A stretch of 63,583 bases of DNA, filler included, from Reticulomyxa filosa (taxonomy: Eukaryota > Protista > Foraminifera), in NCBI GenBank assembly GCA_000512085.1. It is 20 parts of 20 records of this genome, joined end to end, with 100 filler letters (N's around TTAATTAATTAA, not from the genome) between each part and the next. Parts side by side here need not be neighbours in the genome. Positions count along the whole stretch, not along the records: positions 55,856 to 62,423 come from ASPP01014559.1; positions 62,524 to 63,583 come from ASPP01000290.1; 18 more parts are not named here. One strand, given 5' to 3'. The notes beneath the pieces were generated by a model, which saw only the letters and a program-made list of their open reading frames with translations, was not told where the DNA came from and did no database searches. The position numbers were made by a program, and so were the translations under genes. Position 1 is the first letter of the stretch; each line of letters opens with the position of its first letter. Below are positions 60,998-63,583 of the stretch, in pieces.

Positions 60998-62121
60998 TCA
61001 CCAAATACAAATGGGACCTTTGCCTGAACCATAACACAAATTCAAATCATATTTGGCATTCTTTGTATCATCTTTCTTTTTCAATACAATAAACTTAAGA
61101 CAGTATATTCCATTATCTTCTTTCTGATCTCCTTTGATCATATACAATTCACTTTTATTTAATCGAATATCCCAAAATCGAATTGTATTATCACTTGATC
61201 CAGAACATATCACATTCGAATTAACACTGCTATCATTTATTACAAATTGTGAATATTCAACAAATAATACATAACTTGTATGTCTATTGAATACTTGAAT
61301 TTGTTGATCAGATCGAATATCCCACAAACGAATACTTTCGTCACTTGATCTAGATAGTATTGTATTTAATAATTCATTTGATCCGTACTTTATAGTCACA
61401 ATCCAATCTTTATGTCATTGAATTCATTGAACTGTTTTGTTGTTTCAATATCCCATATTCGAATGGTTTAGTCTGATGATCCAAAACAAATTGTATATCC
61501 ATTTCCATCAATCACACAAATATTATTCATTTTGTTAATTATCATTTTTGTTATTGTTTTGTAGTGGTGAAATATCAACACACCAAACACCATATTATGT
61601 CCATTGGAAACATGTAATGATTTTGATGTTTCAACATCCAATAAACAAATTGTTTTGTCACCAGATCCAGAACACAAACATATAGCACCATTAAGTGGTG
61701 AAAATTCAATTCCATTAGCCTTACTATTATGTTCATTGAATATTTGTAATTGCTTATTATATTTGAAATCCCAAAAACGAATGGTTTTGTCATCCGATGA
61801 AGAACAAATGACATTTTAACGATGACTATGATAATGATATGATGAAAATTTCACACAATACACAGTGGATAAATGTCCATTGAATAATTGAATTTGTTCG
61901 TTGTTATCAACATCACATACACGAACTGTTTTATCATTTGATCCAGAGCAAATGAATTGACAATTATCAAATGTTGCATAATCAATACTCCACAAAATGT
62001 TTGCATGTCCAGTGAATGTATTAATTAATTTAAAAGAACGCATTAATTCAAAATTAACTTTGGATAGCAAATTTAACTTCGTTTGTAACAATTGAAAAGT
62101 AAAAAAATTCTTTTTTTTCAA
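60998..62121 (-). pseudogene. WD40-repeat pseudogene of a lineage-expanded family
   Basis: TFTGHANILWSIDY...FICSGSNDKTVRV, FNGHLSTVYCVKFSSYHYHSHR*NVICSSSDDKTIRFWD, ICSGSSDNTIRFWDIR, LCYGSGKGPICIW. There is an in-frame stop at 61816 and several frameshifts. Confidence 0.92.
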
Positions 62122-63583
62122 TTGTTCAATTTCAGTAAAAACATTACCCAGATTGACGCAATATGTGATTTATTTGTGCTGGAAAATAGAAATAGCAAAA
62201 AAAAAATTATTTTTTCGTTCTTGCATAAAAAATACATATTTTGAAACACACTAAGAGATATGGCGCATCGCTCTCATTTTTGCAAATCCGTCCATACGTA
62301 GAATAAAGTTTTACTCGATACAGTTGAGATTTCAAAAGATACACCAAAAACACACTTTTTTAGAGCTCGGAGAGTACTACCAGGTCCGCGCAATCGCGAC
62401 TCAATAACTCCTTCCCATTTGCGNNNNNNNNNNNNNNNNNNNNNNNNNNNNNNNNNNNNNNNNNNNNTTAATTAATTAANNNNNNNNNNNNNNNNNNNNN
62501 NNNNNNNNNNNNNNNNNNNNNNNTATTTTTAGTTTGCCCGATTTTTGTTGTTGTCGTTATGCGTGCTTTATTTCCCCTCTTGCAAGAGAAAAAAAAATGC
62601 AATATGATTTGATGCATTTTTTTTTTTTACCTTGATTTGGCTCTACTCTCCTTGCAATGCAAGCTAAAGGCTTTTTGCCTATTGTTTTTGTTTGTTTTTT
62701 CTTTGGAATTGAGAAGAAAAAACAATTTTTTTTTTTTAATGCTTTTTTTTATTTACATTGTTTGTTTTTTTTTTTTAGTTTCTAATCATTTCGTTCGACT
62801 TTAAACAAGCTGATCTCATTTGATACAGCTTGTTTTTTTTGTTTGTTTGTTCATACATATGTTCTTATTGTTCCTTAAATTCGCGTTTTTTTTTTCCTGC
62901 TTTGATCGTACAATTTGAGTTTGAATAATCTAAGATTTAATTAAAATTCTCGGACAGACTCTATCTCTTCATTATATTCTATGAAAAAGATTGCGCTAAG
63001 TGTAGTACGAAAGATTATTATTATCTTAGCAAGTCTTTTTGCAGAAATAATAAATACTAAATTAAAGAAAAATCAATAGTTAACCAAAACAAGACAATAA
63101 ATAGAAATTATGTGGCAGGAATAATATACATAATATAAGTGAAAGTGTAAGAAAAAATGCATCTGAAAAGACAGAAAAGCAAAATAATAACATGAGTATC
63201 CCACCAATGGGACATATGAATACTTATAATGATATTAGTTTTCATCTTTCTTGTCAACAACCTGACAACAATGAAGAAAATAATAAAATGCAAAGGAATA
63301 CTTCAGCAACAAATTATCTACATTGGTAATAACACCAATAAATAGTCCGTATTGAAATTATTTGGAAAAGATGAAAAATACATTAGAGTAAATTACGTTT
63401 TCATCAACTTGGAGAACAATGTATTTGTATTTTTTAATGTAAAAGTATTATTTGCAAATTCACACAACGTTAGAAAAATATTGTAAGAGTAATCAATATA
63501 AATTTGCATTACACGAAACTTTTAATAACAATCATAATCGTCCAAAGTCACATTTTCATCAATGTAGAAAATGTTTTGGATTA

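Overview
This is AT-rich eukaryotic nuclear DNA, not one locus. It consists of 20 short contigs joined by 19 identical artificial linkers (44 N + TTAATTAATTAA + 44 N), so gene neighbourhood across linkers means nothing. Short GT-AG introns, poly-N/S/D/E tracts and a decayed member of a characteristic WD40 family suggest the foraminiferan Reticulomyxa filosa or a close relative (inference). Recognisable genes, mostly truncated by contig ends: an RDH/WWOX-type SDR, a TPT/SLC35-family transporter, SEL1L/Hrd3, a beta-adaptin C-terminus, PP4R1, a compact DNAJC11-like J-protein, an NAD-dependent epimerase, a C9orf72 homologue joined in frame to Unkempt-type CCCH fingers, an N-terminally extended Hsp70, a SANT protein, a DH-PH-FYVE RhoGEF, SF3A1, an ENTH protein, an intact RPL3 and a coiled-coil/TLDc protein. 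There are also PP1 and WD40 pseudogenes and scrambled non-LTR retrotransposon remnants. The most notable observations are the Unkempt-C9orf72 junction (a real fusion or a misjoin at an AAT microsatellite), introns with A-tracts rather than polypyrimidine tracts at the acceptor, the miniature DNAJC11, and recurrent single-base deficits in otherwise conserved genes. All family calls come from manual translation and remembered motifs; no database search was run.
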